Shown piece by piece: positions 54,580 through 54,708 of a stretch of 54,708 nt of DNA. A program made the translations under genes and the position numbers. How positions within the stretch are numbered: the first letter of the stretch is position 1; the number at the start of each line of letters is the position of its first letter. The stretch comes from a virus (Duplodnaviria; Caudoviricetes), in IMG/VR virus record IMGVR_UViG_3300021477_000008, positions 1 to 54,708 of that record; one strand, written 5' to 3'. Under the pieces are notes generated by a model. It was not told the origin of the DNA, made no database searches, and saw only the letters and a list, made by a program, of their open reading frames with translations.

Positions 54580-54708
54580 ATTCCGGCTACGGCGACGGCT
54601 CCGGCTCCGGCTCCGGCGACGGCTCCGGCTCCGGCTCCGGCGACGGCTCCGGCGACGGCTCCGGCGCCGGCTCCGGCAACGGCTCCGGCTCCGGCGACGG
54701 CTCCGGCG
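54567..54708 (+). CDS. 5' part of Gly-rich repeat protein (METINSGYGDGSGSG…)
   Basis: ATG inside the end of the DUF6948-like gene; reads in frame into position 1. Confidence 0.8.
   Translation, partial: METINSGYGDGSGSGSGDGSGSGSGDGSGDGSGAGSGNGSGSGDGSG

Larger units (their letters stand above)
1..54708. mobile_element. Probable complete circular tailed-phage genome, podovirus-like
   Basis: Terminase, portal-like, capsid-like, tail/ejection and replication genes are present with no host housekeeping genes. The window ends join in frame (…TCC GGC G|AC GGC TAC…). No tape measure or sheath recognised. Confidence 0.92.

Noticed and set aside
1-54708. Stop-codon reassignment, tRNAs, introns/inteins, integrase, RNA or DNA polymerase
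   Set aside because: Genes tile densely in the standard code and no such signatures were seen by eye; tRNAscan and HMM searches would be needed to exclude them

Overview
The window looks like a complete, circularly closed ~54.7 kb tailed dsDNA phage genome: a Gly-rich ORF runs in frame across the end-start junction. It has short-tail (podovirus-like) gene content and an inferred Gram-negative, probably Verrucomicrobiota, host. Recognisable genes include a large terminase, probable portal, scaffold and major capsid protein, tail/ejection proteins, an SF2 helicase, a DnaB-N/AAA_25 helicase, a DNA methyltransferase, a PAPS-reductase-family protein, a J-domain protein, a GIY-YIG protein and many small early genes. 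I could not recognise an integrase, DNA polymerase, tRNA, CRISPR array or endolysin. The most notable signals are: (1) back-to-back sigma54-type promoters flanking an array of 17-bp palindromes; (2) a late operon ending in signal-peptide-bearing fibre, beta-helix and beta-barrel proteins; (3) a four-gene glycan-modification cassette inside the head region; (4) an ATP-grasp ligase translationally coupled to a 20-aa acidic peptide next to the portal; (5) a small gene nested out of frame in the ejection protein; (6) a 12-nt sense/antisense RNA switch between the methyltransferase and helicase operons; (7) a dif-like site where strand skew flips. All calls come from reading motifs by eye; no database searches were run.
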